This document shows positions 9,859 through 19,642 of a stretch of 64,000 nucleotides of DNA, piece by piece (position 1 is the first letter of the stretch; each line of letters opens with the position of its first letter). The notes beneath the pieces are model-generated. The model did no database searches. It had not been told where the DNA came from and saw only the letters and a program-made list of their open reading frames with translations. Origin of the DNA: Acidobacteriota bacterium (GTDB taxonomy: Bacteria > Acidobacteriota > Vicinamibacteria > Vicinamibacterales > 2-12-FULL-66-21); NCBI GenBank assembly GCA_046735335.1, contig JBKPTE010000015.1, positions 16,183 through 80,182 on the forward strand, read 5' to 3'. A program made the translations under genes and the position numbers.

Positions 9859-10388
9859 CGACGAGCGTCACCGTCTTGATTTCAGAAAAGGAAATCCAGA
9901 ACCGCATTCGATCCCTGGCTGCCGAGATCGAGCGCGACTACCCGCCGGGCGAGGAGATCCACCTCGTTGCCGTGCTCAAGGGCGGATTCATGTTCATGGC
10001 GGATCTCGTCCGCGCCATGGGTCCTCACGTGACGATGGATTTCATGGCGGTGTCGAGCTACGGCAAGAGCACGAAGTCCTCGGGACAGGTGCGCGTCCTC
10101 AAGGATCTCGACAGCAGCCTGGAAGGACGCCACATCATCATCGTCGAGGACATCGTCGATACTGGGTTGACGCTGCACTATCTGCAGAACATCCTGCGTG
10201 CACGCGCGCCCAGGACGGTGCGGACGGCGTGCCTGCTCAGCAAGCCGACGCGGCGCCAGGTCGACGTCGCGGTTGATTACGTTGGATTCACGATCGACGA
10301 TTACTTCGTCGTGGGATACGGCCTCGATTACGCGGAGAAGTACCGCAACCTGCCGTACATCGCCGTGCTCGGTGACGGGGGCGAATGA
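9855..10388 (+). CDS. hpt: Hypoxanthine phosphoribosyltransferase
   Basis: VLKG, IVEDIVDTGLTL, FVVGYGLDY; ATGA overlap with upstream gene. Confidence 0.96.
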   Translation: MTTSVTVLISEKEIQNRIRSLAAEIERDYPPGEEIHLVAVLKGGFMFMADLVRAMGPHVTMDFMAVSSYGKSTKSSGQVRVLKDLDSSLEGRHIIIVEDIVDTGLTLHYLQNILRARAPRTVRTACLLSKPTRRQVDVAVDYVGFTIDDYFVVGYGLDYAEKYRNLPYIAVLGDGGE

Positions 10389-11032
10389 GCGTGGTCCGGC
10401 GGTTCGACATCATCACGGAAGCAGATGCGCGGCAGATCGAGCACGGTGCGACCGTCGAATTGTCGGCCGGCGGGCACGTCACGCCGCTTGCGCGCGACAC
10501 GCTGAACGCCCGCCGCGTGACGGTTGTGCCTGCAGGATCCATCGATGCGTCGCTTCCAGGCGATCTCGCGCCTCCCGCGGAGATTCGCAGGGTCGCGATC
10601 GCAAGCGACCATACGGGCGTCGCGCTGAGGACGGCGCTCGTCCAGCATCTCCGCAGCCGCGGGCTCGCCGTGCAGGATCTCGGCGTCGACGGGAAGGTGC
10701 CCGCGGACTATCCTGACACCGCCGCGGCCGTCGCCAGGACCGTCGCCCGCGGAGAAGCAGACGCGGGGATCGTGATCGACGGCGCCGGGATTGGATCGGC
10801 GATTGCGGGGAACAAGATCCGCGGCGTCCGGGCGGCGATGTGCACGAACGAAACGCTCGCGCGCTACTCGCGCGAACACAACGGCGCGAACGTGCTCGCG
10901 CTCGGATCGACGTTGCTCGACGGCACCGAAACGGCGATCCGCATCGTCGACGTCTTTCTTGGCACGCCCATGAAAGAAGCCAGGTACATCCGTCGGCTGC
11001 TGAAGATCCGGCGTTTGGAGGAGAGCTTCTGA
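10385..11032 (+). CDS. rpiB: RpiB/LacA/LacB sugar-phosphate isomerase with extra N-terminal domain
   Basis: ASDHTG, DYPD, DGAGIGS, NKIRGVRAA, REHNGANVL. Confidence 0.88.
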   Translation: MSVVRRFDIITEADARQIEHGATVELSAGGHVTPLARDTLNARRVTVVPAGSIDASLPGDLAPPAEIRRVAIASDHTGVALRTALVQHLRSRGLAVQDLGVDGKVPADYPDTAAAVARTVARGEADAGIVIDGAGIGSAIAGNKIRGVRAAMCTNETLARYSREHNGANVLALGSTLLDGTETAIRIVDVFLGTPMKEARYIRRLLKIRRLEESF

Positions 11033-11042
11033 GTGAGAGGGC

Positions 11043-11232
11043 GGTCACGGCGGGGCTCACGCAGAGGGCGCAGAGGAGCAGAGATCGGTCACGGCGGGGA
11101 GCTCACGCGGACGCCGCCGTCGGTGAATGGGCGCGTTCGCGCCGTTCGGCCGGCCAGGCGAACGCTCCCATTCACCAGCAGCGCCCGGCCTCTCGCGTCC
11201 TCTTGCTCTTTGCGTGCTCGGCGTGAGATCCG
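11043..11232. repeat. 9-mer-type repeats (CGCAGAG) with complementary downstream arm; GGTCACGGCGGGG duplicated
   Basis: cgcagagggcgcagaggagcagag upstream and ctctcgcgtcctcttgctctttgcgtg downstream. Confidence 0.6.
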
Positions 11233-11250
11233 CTGCTCGAATTGTGCAGC

Positions 11251-12132
11251 ATGCTCAACCCTAACGACCTGCGGCGACTCGTCGAGATCATCACGGAGGA
11301 AGTCGTCTCCGTTCAGCGGGGCGGGAGGGCGCCCTCGACGTGCCAGTGCCACGCGGTGCTGTACGAGTGCTGTCCCGATCGGCTGCGCGGCGTGCTGGAC
11401 GCGGGTGCCACGCGCATCGGCCTGCACGCGACCGGGGGATCGGCGGGGACGATCGCGGGCATGATCGATCACACGCTGCTCAAGCCCGACGCGACGCGCG
11501 CGGACATCGAGAAACTGTGTAGCGAAGCAGCCGAGTTCCGGTTCGCCACCGTCTGCGTGAATCCGACCTGGGTAGCCGTATCGGCATCGCGTCTCCGGGG
11601 AACCGGCGTGGGCGTCTGTTCGGTCGTCGGGTTTCCGCTCGGCGCGACGACGGCGGACGTCAAGCACTACGAGACGCGCCGCGCAATCTTCGACGGGGCA
11701 GCGGAAATCGACATGGTCATCAACATCGGCGCGCTGAAGTCGGGCGACCTGCGGCTCGTCGAGGGCGACATCGCTGCCGTCGTGTCACCCTGCCGCGAAG
11801 CGAACGTCGTCAGCAAGGTGATCATCGAGGCCGTACTGCTGACCGACGAAGAAAAGATCACGGCGTGCACCCTGGCGAAAGCGGCGGGCGCGGATTTCGT
11901 GAAGACGTCCACCGGTTTTGCCTCCGGAGGCGCGACGCCCGCCGACGTTGCGTTGATGCGGCGCGTCGTGGGCGCAGAGATGGGCGTGAAGGCGGCCGGA
12001 GGCGTTCGCGATTACGAAGGCCTGAAGGCCATGGTCGCGGCGGGTGCCACGCGGGTCGGCGCAAGCGCCGGAGTCCGGATCGTGCAGCAGTCGCGAGGTG
12101 ACAGCGCCCCCTCGGCTTCGTCGGGCTACTGA
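11251..12132 (+). CDS. deoC: Deoxyribose-phosphate aldolase with N-terminal extension
   Basis: [48 protein letters not shown]. Confidence 0.95.
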   Translation: MLNPNDLRRLVEIITEEVVSVQRGGRAPSTCQCHAVLYECCPDRLRGVLDAGATRIGLHATGGSAGTIAGMIDHTLLKPDATRADIEKLCSEAAEFRFATVCVNPTWVAVSASRLRGTGVGVCSVVGFPLGATTADVKHYETRRAIFDGAAEIDMVINIGALKSGDLRLVEGDIAAVVSPCREANVVSKVIIEAVLLTDEEKITACTLAKAAGADFVKTSTGFASGGATPADVALMRRVVGAEMGVKAAGGVRDYEGLKAMVAAGATRVGASAGVRIVQQSRGDSAPSASSGY

Positions 12133-13244
12133 CTCGACCGAATCGTCGTCAACGCCACGGTGCGCTGCGGCGACCACATGTCGATCCCGCGCTCCTTCAG
12201 CGCCCTCAGGATGCGCCTGCGCAGCTCGCGCCCGACGAACCATTGCTTCAGCGGCGCCGTCTTGATGCGTAGCTTCAGCCGGACCGCGTTCTCCTCGAAC
12301 GCGTCGACCCCGATGATTTCGAGCGGTGCCAGGATGAACGGCTTGTAGGCGTCCTCCGCCTGCATTGCCGCGCCGATCTCGGTCAGCAGTGCCGTGACGC
12401 GGTGGACGTCCTCGCCGTAGGCGAGCGGCAGGTTGATCACGTAGTAGCTGAAGTCCTTGCTTCGATTCGCGAGCGTGTTGATGGCGCCGTTCGGGATCAC
12501 GTGGACCGTGCCTTCCTCGTCCCGCAGCACGATCGTCCGCAGGTTGATTGCTTCGACCAGCCCGCCGATGCCGTTGATCGCCGCGACGTCGCCGACGCGC
12601 ACCTGGTCCTCGAGAATGAGGAAGAAGCCTCCGATGAGGTCGCGAACGAGCGTCTGCGCGCCGAAGCCGAGCGCGACGCCCACGATGCCGGCGCCGGTCA
12701 CCGCGGGCGTGATGTCGACTCGGAACTCGCGCAGCACCATCAGGAACGCAATGACGATCACGAGGACCGTGGTGACGCTCGTGAGCACGCTCCCAAGCGT
12801 CCGCGCACGCTTCGCGCGCTCGAGCGCATCGAGTCCGGTCCCGAAGTTCACGTCGGTCTCGAACCGCTTGACGCCGATCGCGACCATGCGAATCAGCGCG
12901 TACGCGACCGCGACGATGAGCAGGACGCGAAGGCCGGAGTCGAAAAACCAGGCGCTCAGCGTGCGAAGGTGCACGCCGGCGCGGGGCCGGAGGCCGGTCA
13001 GCTCGAACGCGGGAAAGATGAAGACCCCGAACACGAGGACGAACACCGCAAAGCCGATGAGCCGAAGCGGCGTGCGAACCGGCGGGCTCGAGGTGGCGAC
13101 CGTGTCGGCGAGGAGATGCCGCATGATCGCCGTCAGGACGCGCCGCGCGGCCCGGGCCGCCACCCAGGCGACGAGTGCGGTCGGGATCACCGCCAGCGCC
13201 ACCAGGCGCCAGCTCACGGGGTCCAGGAAGAGCCTCGGAGGCAT
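12126..13244 (-). CDS. Small-conductance mechanosensitive channel (MscS/YbiO-like)
   Basis: [35 protein letters not shown]. Confidence 0.92.
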   Translation of the reverse strand: MPPRLFLDPVSWRLVALAVIPTALVAWVAARAARRVLTAIMRHLLADTVATSSPPVRTPLRLIGFAVFVLVFGVFIFPAFELTGLRPRAGVHLRTLSAWFFDSGLRVLLIVAVAYALIRMVAIGVKRFETDVNFGTGLDALERAKRARTLGSVLTSVTTVLVIVIAFLMVLREFRVDITPAVTGAGIVGVALGFGAQTLVRDLIGGFFLILEDQVRVGDVAAINGIGGLVEAINLRTIVLRDEEGTVHVIPNGAINTLANRSKDFSYYVINLPLAYGEDVHRVTALLTEIGAAMQAEDAYKPFILAPLEIIGVDAFEENAVRLKLRIKTAPLKQWFVGRELRRRILRALKERGIDMWSPQRTVALTTIRSSQ

Positions 13245-13275
13245 GAGGGGAGCATAACAAAGCGGGTGGAGGCAT

Positions 13276-13318
13276 CCTCGTCGCGCGCAACCTCGTCGCG
13301 CGCAACCTCAGTTGCGCG
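13276..13318. repeat. 15-bp tandem duplication plus REP-like hairpin CGCGCAAC-CTCA-GTTGCGCG
   Basis: 28 of 30 nt identical to 54544-54573. Confidence 0.75.
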
Positions 13319-13336
13319 GGTCACAACTTGCGCGAC

Positions 13337-14719
13337 TCAGAAATTGCTCGTGAGCGAGAGCGGCGCGGCCGCCTGCAGCGGCAGCCGCAGGCTCGCTCGG
13401 CAGCCCGGGCGATCGTCGCGGTTCTCCAGGAGGAGGCTCCCGCCGTGCGCCTCCGCGATCTGACGGCTCAACACGAGGCCGATCCCCGATCCGCCGGGCT
13501 TCGTCGTGAAGAACGGTACGAACAGGTTGCCGGTGTTCGACAGGCCCGGTCCTTCGTCCTCGACCCACAGCTCCATCGTTGCCGGCCAGGAGCCCGGGAG
13601 ACGCTGCCACCCGATGCTGACGCCGCCTCCGGTCTCGCGCACGGCATCCATGGCGTTCCGAAGCAGATTGATCAGGAGCTGTTCGAGCTGGTCGCTGTCG
13701 CCCTGAATCGTCAGGCGCGGTCCTCCTGCGTTCATGATGTTGTGCCCCTTCTCGAGCGTCACCACCCGGTCGATGACCGCACCGACGTCGAGCGGCGCAA
13801 ACTTGGGCGGCGGAAGCTTGGCGAGTCGGGCGTAGGCGTTCATGAACCTGCTGAGCGATTCCGATCGGCTCGCGATGACGCCGAGGCCGCGCTGCACATC
13901 CTGGCGCCAATCCGACGGCGGCGGATCGCGCTCCAGGATGGTCGCGAGGCTGCCGGCGATCGACTTGATGGGCGCGAGCGAGTTGTTCATCTCGTGCCCG
14001 ATGACGCGGATCAGCCGCTGCCAGGCCTGCCGCTCCTCTTCGCGCAGGGGCTGACTGAGGTCCGACAGGACCAGCAGTTCGTGAGGGCGTCCCCCCTGCC
14101 GGAACGAGCTGCGGCGGATCTCCCATCGGCCGACGCCGCCCGGGAACGCCGTGTTGATGACGCGCGGGGCCTCGCCGACGAGACAGTCTTCGAGGCCGAG
14201 CTCGTCGGCGCGCCGGCCGAGCAGCCGCTCCGCCGTCTGGCTGAGGAGCCGCGCGCCGGCGCGGTTGACGAACTTCAACTCTCGATCCTGATCGAACGTG
14301 AAGACGGCGACTTCGATCTCCGCCATCACCTTGCGGAGGAGCGTCGTCGCCTCCATCGCGTCGAGACGCTGGTGACGGAGCGTTTCGACGAGCGTGTTGA
14401 CCTCGATCATCACCTCGCCGAGCGGATCGCCGCCGCGCGCGCCCCGCGCGCGTATCGAGAAATCCCCCTCGCCGAGCGCCGCGAGCAGGTTGGACAGCGT
14501 CTGCAGTGGAAGGACGACGCGTTCACGGAGCGCGAAGGCGAAGCCGAGGCAGAAGGTGATGATGAGGACGGTCAGCGTCCACTGGACCTTGGGCGTGTAA
14601 TCGCCCGTCCACAGGAAGATGAGGGAGATGAGCGCGCCGGGCAGCGCCGACGCGAACGCCATGAGCAGGATCCGGCGGTCGTGACTGAGCCGCGGCTCGC
14701 GCGGACGAGTGGTCGCCAT
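13337..14719 (-). CDS. Sensor histidine kinase (HAMP-PAS-HK)
   Basis: HEMNNSLAPI H-box, N-box, DEGPG, FFTTKPGGSGIGL. Confidence 0.92.
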   Translation of the reverse strand: MATTRPREPRLSHDRRILLMAFASALPGALISLIFLWTGDYTPKVQWTLTVLIITFCLGFAFALRERVVLPLQTLSNLLAALGEGDFSIRARGARGGDPLGEVMIEVNTLVETLRHQRLDAMEATTLLRKVMAEIEVAVFTFDQDRELKFVNRAGARLLSQTAERLLGRRADELGLEDCLVGEAPRVINTAFPGGVGRWEIRRSSFRQGGRPHELLVLSDLSQPLREEERQAWQRLIRVIGHEMNNSLAPIKSIAGSLATILERDPPPSDWRQDVQRGLGVIASRSESLSRFMNAYARLAKLPPPKFAPLDVGAVIDRVVTLEKGHNIMNAGGPRLTIQGDSDQLEQLLINLLRNAMDAVRETGGGVSIGWQRLPGSWPATMELWVEDEGPGLSNTGNLFVPFFTTKPGGSGIGLVLSRQIAEAHGGSLLLENRDDRPGCRASLRLPLQAAAPLSLTSNF

Positions 14720-14723
14720 GTCA

Positions 14724-14888
14724 ATGTCGGACGACGAATGTCGAACGTCGAATTCTGGATGTCGAGTGAATGCCCCCATTTTGCCATCGGGGACCCATGT
14801 CAGCATTCAGCATTCAACATTCGGCATTCATTCGGCATTCAACATTCGGCATTTACCATTCGTCGTTCGTCATTCGTCGTTCGACATT
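14724..14888. repeat. Heptamer repeat cluster with inverted arms (GAATGTC vs CATTCGG / TTCGTCG)
   Basis: Multiple 7-mer units in the response regulator-kinase intergenic gap. Confidence 0.85.
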
Positions 14889-14897
14889 GGCAACGGA

Positions 14898-16328
14898 CTA
14901 CAAGCCATACCGCTGTAGGCGACGGTACAGTGCCGATCGGCTCAAGCCGAGCGCCTTCGCGGCCTGACTGACGTTGCCGTCGAAGCGGGTCATGGCCTTC
15001 TTGATCAGGAAGCACTCGACGTCCTCGAGGCTCATGTCCTCGAGGCGGCCCCCTCCGTCGCGCGTGCTCCGGAGGCCCAGATCCGCGGGCTTGACGAGCG
15101 GCCCCTGCGCCATCAGTACCGCGCGCTCGACCGCGTGATCCAGCTCGCGGACGTTGCCCGGCCAACTGTGTTCCAGCAGGATCTGCATCGCGCCGCTCTC
15201 GAACCCCGTCAAGCGCTTGCGGTACCGCTGCGCGTGCTGGCGGAGGAAGTGCTGCGCGAGGAGCGGCAGGTCCTCGCGGCGATCGCGCAGCGGCGGCAGG
15301 CGGATTTCTATCGTGTTCAGCCGGAAGAGCAGATCCTGGCGGAAGCGTCCGCTCGCGACCTCCTCGTTGAGCGTGGCGTTGGTCGCCGAGATGACGCGGA
15401 CGTCGACGCGCCGGGTCCGTGAGGAGCCGAGCCGCTCGAACTCGCCCGTCTCGATCACGCGCAGCAGCTTCGCCTGCTGGCTGAGCGGAACGTTGGCGAT
15501 CTCGTCGAGGAACAGCGTGCCCTGGTCCGCCAGCTCGAACCGGCCGACGCGGTCGCTCTTCGCGTCCGTGAACGCGCCGCGGACGTGGCCGAACAGCTCG
15601 CTTTCGAACACGCCTTCCGAGACGCCCCCCGAGTTCACGATCACCATCGGCCGCGACGCGCGGCTGGACACCGCGTGCAGCGCCCGTGCGACGACCCCCT
15701 TGCCCGTGCCGTTCTCTCCCAGCACGAGGACGTTTGCATCCGAGGGGCCGACGCGCGAGATCACCTGCAGCACGCCCTGCATCGACGGTGACTCGGCGAT
15801 GAGCTTCGGCATCCCCTCGCCGCGCAGCAGCGAGTTCTCCGCCTCGAGCCGCTGGCCCTTTCGAAGCGCCTGGCTCAGCTCGATCTGCGTGCGGATGATC
15901 GCGAGCAGCCGCGCGTTGTCCCACGGCTTCTGGATGAAATCCCGCGCGCCCCGGCGCATCGCTTCCACCGCGACTTCCACGCTGCCCCAGGCGGTCATGA
16001 CCACCACCGGCAGCGTCGGGTCGATGCCCTGAATGCGCGACAGGAGGTTCAGTCCCTCTTCGCCGGACGTCGTGTCGCGCGCGTAGTTCAGATCGATGAG
16101 CGCGACGTCGAACTCGCGTGCCTCTATGGCCGCGAGCACACCGGCGGGCGACGACGCGGTCTCGAGCTGAAACCCCTCCGCTTTCAGGAGGAGCCTCAAG
16201 GCCTCGAGCACGTCCGATTGGTCGTCGGCGATCAGGACGCGCGGCTCCGCGGCACGTGCGGGATGGCGTAGGTGCTCGGCCGAATCGCTGCGATGCTCTT
16301 TGAGGTGGTCGGTGATCAGCATAGACAT
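14898..16328 (-). CDS. Sigma-54-dependent response regulator (NtrC family)
   Basis: REC, GENGTGK, ESELFGH..GAFTDA, WPGNVREL, Fis-type HTH. Confidence 0.95.
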   Translation of the reverse strand: MSMLITDHLKEHRSDSAEHLRHPARAAEPRVLIADDQSDVLEALRLLLKAEGFQLETASSPAGVLAAIEAREFDVALIDLNYARDTTSGEEGLNLLSRIQGIDPTLPVVVMTAWGSVEVAVEAMRRGARDFIQKPWDNARLLAIIRTQIELSQALRKGQRLEAENSLLRGEGMPKLIAESPSMQGVLQVISRVGPSDANVLVLGENGTGKGVVARALHAVSSRASRPMVIVNSGGVSEGVFESELFGHVRGAFTDAKSDRVGRFELADQGTLFLDEIANVPLSQQAKLLRVIETGEFERLGSSRTRRVDVRVISATNATLNEEVASGRFRQDLLFRLNTIEIRLPPLRDRREDLPLLAQHFLRQHAQRYRKRLTGFESGAMQILLEHSWPGNVRELDHAVERAVLMAQGPLVKPADLGLRSTRDGGGRLEDMSLEDVECFLIKKAMTRFDGNVSQAAKALGLSRSALYRRLQRYGL

Positions 16329-16353
16329 GGCCCGATGGAATCGCAGGGTGCTC

Positions 16354-18807
16354 TCATTCGCTGCGCAGCGCGATCAGCGGATCGATCCGGGTGGCGCGCA
16401 GCGCGGGCAGATAGCTCGCCAGCAGCGCGACCGTCGCGAGGCCCGCCGCGGTTGCGGCAAAGGTGATCGGATCTCGCGGGTCGACGCCCACGAGAAGCGC
16501 GCGCATCAGCCCCGCGACGGGGTAGGCTGCCGCGAGCCCGAGGATCAGGCCCGCGCCAACGAGGATCATCGCGCGGCCGAGCACGAGCCCGAGGACGTTC
16601 GAGCGCGGCGCGCCGAGCGCCATGCGGACGCCGATCTCGCGCGTGCGCTGCGAGACCGAGTAGCTCGCGACGCCGTACAGGCCAATCGCAGCAAGCAGCA
16701 GCGCGAGCGTCCCGAAGATCGTGAGCAGCACGACGTTCATCTTCTGCGGCTGCAGGGAGAGGCCGACCTGCTCCTCCAGCGTACGGATGTTGAAGAGCGA
16801 GAGCGTCGGATCGATCTGCTGTACGTCCCGGCGGACGATCGCGGCGAGTCCGGCGGCGTCCGCCGTCGACGCGCGCACGTGCAACGCGGCGGCCGGCGTG
16901 TAGTTCTGCGCGAGCGGCTCGTAGATGAACGGCTGCGGATCCTCGCCGACCGCGTTGTACTTGCTATCCTTCGCGACGCCGATCACCGTCGTATACGCGT
17001 CGTCTCCAAAGAACTTGAAGCGCCTGCCGATGGGATCGCCGTTCTTCCAGAACTGCTGCGCCATCGTCTGGTTGATGACGACGACTTTCGGCGAGTCGGC
17101 GGTGTCGCTGCGCGCGAAATCGCGCCCGCGCTCGATTGGAATGCCGATGGCCTGGAAGTAGCCGGGGCCCACGACGTTCACCTGGACGAGCACGCGATCC
17201 TTCGTCGTCGTGTCCGCCCCTTCGGGAAAGACGCTGCGCAGGATTCCCCCCGCGAGCGGCGGCGTCTGGGCGACGGCCGCTCCTTTCACGCCGGGCAGCG
17301 CGGCCGCGCGCTCCGCGATCTGCTGGTAGAACACCTGACCGCGTTCTTCCGTATAGCCTTCACGTCCGAGATTGAAATTGACGACGAGCACGCCGCGGGT
17401 TTCGAAGCCGGGATCGATGTGCTGCGCGTGCTGCAAATCCCTGAGGAACAGACCGGCGGCAACGAGCGCGACGAGCGAGATCGCCACCTGCGCGACGACG
17501 AGGATCTGGCGGAAGTCCAGGAAGCCCAGAGCGCCGCGGCCTCCGGCGGCGGAGGGCACGAGCTCGTTCTTCAGCACGGGGACCACGTCAGCTCTCGACG
17601 CCTGAAGCGCGGGCGCGAGCCCGAACAGGATGCCTGTCAGCACGGCGAGCACGCCCGTGAACGCCAGCACCCTCGGATCGATCCCGAGCGCATCGTCGAT
17701 CGGGAAGGGAAGCGGCAGCTTCGCGGCGACGATGGCGTCGAGCGTCCATGACGCGAGAACGAACCCGGCGACCGCGCCCAGCGCGGAGAGGAGCAGGCTC
17801 TCCGTCAGGAGCTGCCGTACGAGACGCCCGCGGTTCGCGCCGAGCGCCAGCCGGATCGCCACCTCGCGGCGCCGCTTGGCCGCGCGCGCCAGCAGGAGAT
17901 TCGCGATGTTGATGCAGGCGATGAGCAGCACCGCGCCGACCACCATCATCAAGACGATCGACAACCGGAGGATCAGGTTGGGTCCGCGGCCGTTCGGGTT
18001 CAGCCGCGCGTCCAGCAGCGGGACAACGCTCGCGCTGCGGCCCTTGTTGTCGACGGGAAACTCTTTTTCGAGGTTGGCGAAGACCGCCTGAACGTTCGAG
18101 CGCGCCTGCTCGATCGTGACGCCTGGTTTCAGCCGTCCGACTCCGAACAGGAAGAGCCCGCGGCGCGTATCGTACCACTCGAAGCCCGGCTGCACGACCC
18201 GGTGCATCGACATGGGCACCCAGACGGCCGGACCGCCGCCCAGCAGCGTGCCGGAGAAGTTCTTCGGGGCGACGCCAATCACCGTGAACGGCGTCCGGTT
18301 CAGCACGATGGTCTTGCCGACGACGGCTGGATCGGATCCAAGCGAGCGTTCCCAGAAGCCGTGGCTCGCGATCGCGACCGGCGTGGCCTTCGCGTCTTCG
18401 TCGGGAAGGAACGCGCGTCCGAGCGCCGGCTGCGTGCCGAGAAGCGCAAAGTAGTTGGCGCTCACGACCTGCGCCGGGATCTGCTCTGAGCCGCCCTGCG
18501 CGCTGTAGTTCACCTGCGAAAAGGTGAAGGCGGCGATGTCGGTGAAGACGGCGTTGCCGCTCCGCAGGTCCTTGAAGTTGAGGTGCGAGAGCGGCAGGTT
18601 TCCGGGATTCCGCTGATCGGTCGTGGAAATCGAGGCGAGCGACGCGACGTCGGCAACTGGCAGCGGCCGCAGCAGGACGGCGTTGACCAGGCTGAAGATC
18701 GCGGTGTTCGCCCCGATGCCCAACGCGAGGGACAGAAGTGCGACAAGGCTGAATCCGGGGCTCTTGACGAGCATCCGGACGCCGTAGCGCAGGTCGTGCA
18801 GGAGCAT
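16354..18807 (-). CDS. ADOP/MacB-like duplicated ABC permease
   Basis: DLRYGVR..KSPGF..LALGIGANTAIFS, IACINIANLLLAR, RTREIGVRMALGA, DPLIALR. Confidence 0.93.
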   Translation of the reverse strand: MLLHDLRYGVRMLVKSPGFSLVALLSLALGIGANTAIFSLVNAVLLRPLPVADVASLASISTTDQRNPGNLPLSHLNFKDLRSGNAVFTDIAAFTFSQVNYSAQGGSEQIPAQVVSANYFALLGTQPALGRAFLPDEDAKATPVAIASHGFWERSLGSDPAVVGKTIVLNRTPFTVIGVAPKNFSGTLLGGGPAVWVPMSMHRVVQPGFEWYDTRRGLFLFGVGRLKPGVTIEQARSNVQAVFANLEKEFPVDNKGRSASVVPLLDARLNPNGRGPNLILRLSIVLMMVVGAVLLIACINIANLLLARAAKRRREVAIRLALGANRGRLVRQLLTESLLLSALGAVAGFVLASWTLDAIVAAKLPLPFPIDDALGIDPRVLAFTGVLAVLTGILFGLAPALQASRADVVPVLKNELVPSAAGGRGALGFLDFRQILVVAQVAISLVALVAAGLFLRDLQHAQHIDPGFETRGVLVVNFNLGREGYTEERGQVFYQQIAERAAALPGVKGAAVAQTPPLAGGILRSVFPEGADTTTKDRVLVQVNVVGPGYFQAIGIPIERGRDFARSDTADSPKVVVINQTMAQQFWKNGDPIGRRFKFFGDDAYTTVIGVAKDSKYNAVGEDPQPFIYEPLAQNYTPAAALHVRASTADAAGLAAIVRRDVQQIDPTLSLFNIRTLEEQVGLSLQPQKMNVVLLTIFGTLALLLAAIGLYGVASYSVSQRTREIGVRMALGAPRSNVLGLVLGRAMILVGAGLILGLAAAYPVAGLMRALLVGVDPRDPITFAATAAGLATVALLASYLPALRATRIDPLIALRSE

Positions 18808-18812
18808 GCGCC

Positions 18813-19556
18813 TCAGTGCGCGATGTCGAAGCCGCTCTCTTCGAGCTCCTTCTCAGCGCGCCGGCTGCCGTCCTCTTCCACCACGCGTCCGTCGAACAGG
18901 TGGATCGATCGATCGGCGTGGCGGGCGTAGCGCGGATCGTGCGTGACCATGCAGATGGTCGCGCCCTCGCGATGCAGCTCGCGGAGCAGTTCCATCACCG
19001 CCTCGCCGTTCTTCGAGTCGAGGTTTCCCGTCGGCTCGTCCGCGAGCAGGATCGACGGGGAGCCCGCGACCGCGCGAGCGACGGCGACGCGCTGCTGCTG
19101 ACCGCCGGAGAGCTGGCTGGGAAGGTGCTTGGCGCGGTGCGCCATGCCGACCTTCTCGAGCGCCGCCATCACGCGCTCCTTGCGCTCGGTCGATTTCATC
19201 CCGCGATACGTCAGCGGCAGCTCGACGTTCTCGTAGACGTTCAGATCGCCAATGAGGTTGAAGCTCTGGAAGATGAAGCCGATCTCGCGGTTGCGCACAC
19301 GCGCGCGCTCCGACAGCGGCAGGTCGGCCACCTCCTTCCCGTTCAGGATGTAGCGTCCTTCGGTCGGAGAGTCGAGCAGGCCGAGGATCGACAGCAGCGT
19401 CGACTTGCCGCATCCCGACGGGCCGGCGATGGCGATGTACTCGCCGCTCTTGATCTCGAGGTGAATCCCCGCGAGGGCGTGCGTCTCGACCTCGTCGGTG
19501 AAGAAGACTTTGGTGACACCATCGAGGTGGATCAGCGATTGCGCGGACGTGTTCAT
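18813..19556 (-). CDS. ABC transporter ATP-binding protein (MacB/LolD-like)
   Basis: [27 protein letters not shown]. Confidence 0.95.
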   Translation of the reverse strand: MNTSAQSLIHLDGVTKVFFTDEVETHALAGIHLEIKSGEYIAIAGPSGCGKSTLLSILGLLDSPTEGRYILNGKEVADLPLSERARVRNREIGFIFQSFNLIGDLNVYENVELPLTYRGMKSTERKERVMAALEKVGMAHRAKHLPSQLSGGQQQRVAVARAVAGSPSILLADEPTGNLDSKNGEAVMELLRELHREGATICMVTHDPRYARHADRSIHLFDGRVVEEDGSRRAEKELEESGFDIAH

Positions 19557-19570
19557 CGGCTCTCCTTTGC

Positions 19571-19642
19571 AGCGGTCAGCTCTCAGCGATCAGCTCTCAG
19601 CTTTCAGCTTTCGGGTGTGCTGAGAGCTGATGGCTGACAGCT
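19571..19642. repeat. Heptamer repeats TCAGCNN followed by inverted GCTGANR
   Basis: About 5 forward and 3 reverse units. Confidence 0.85.
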
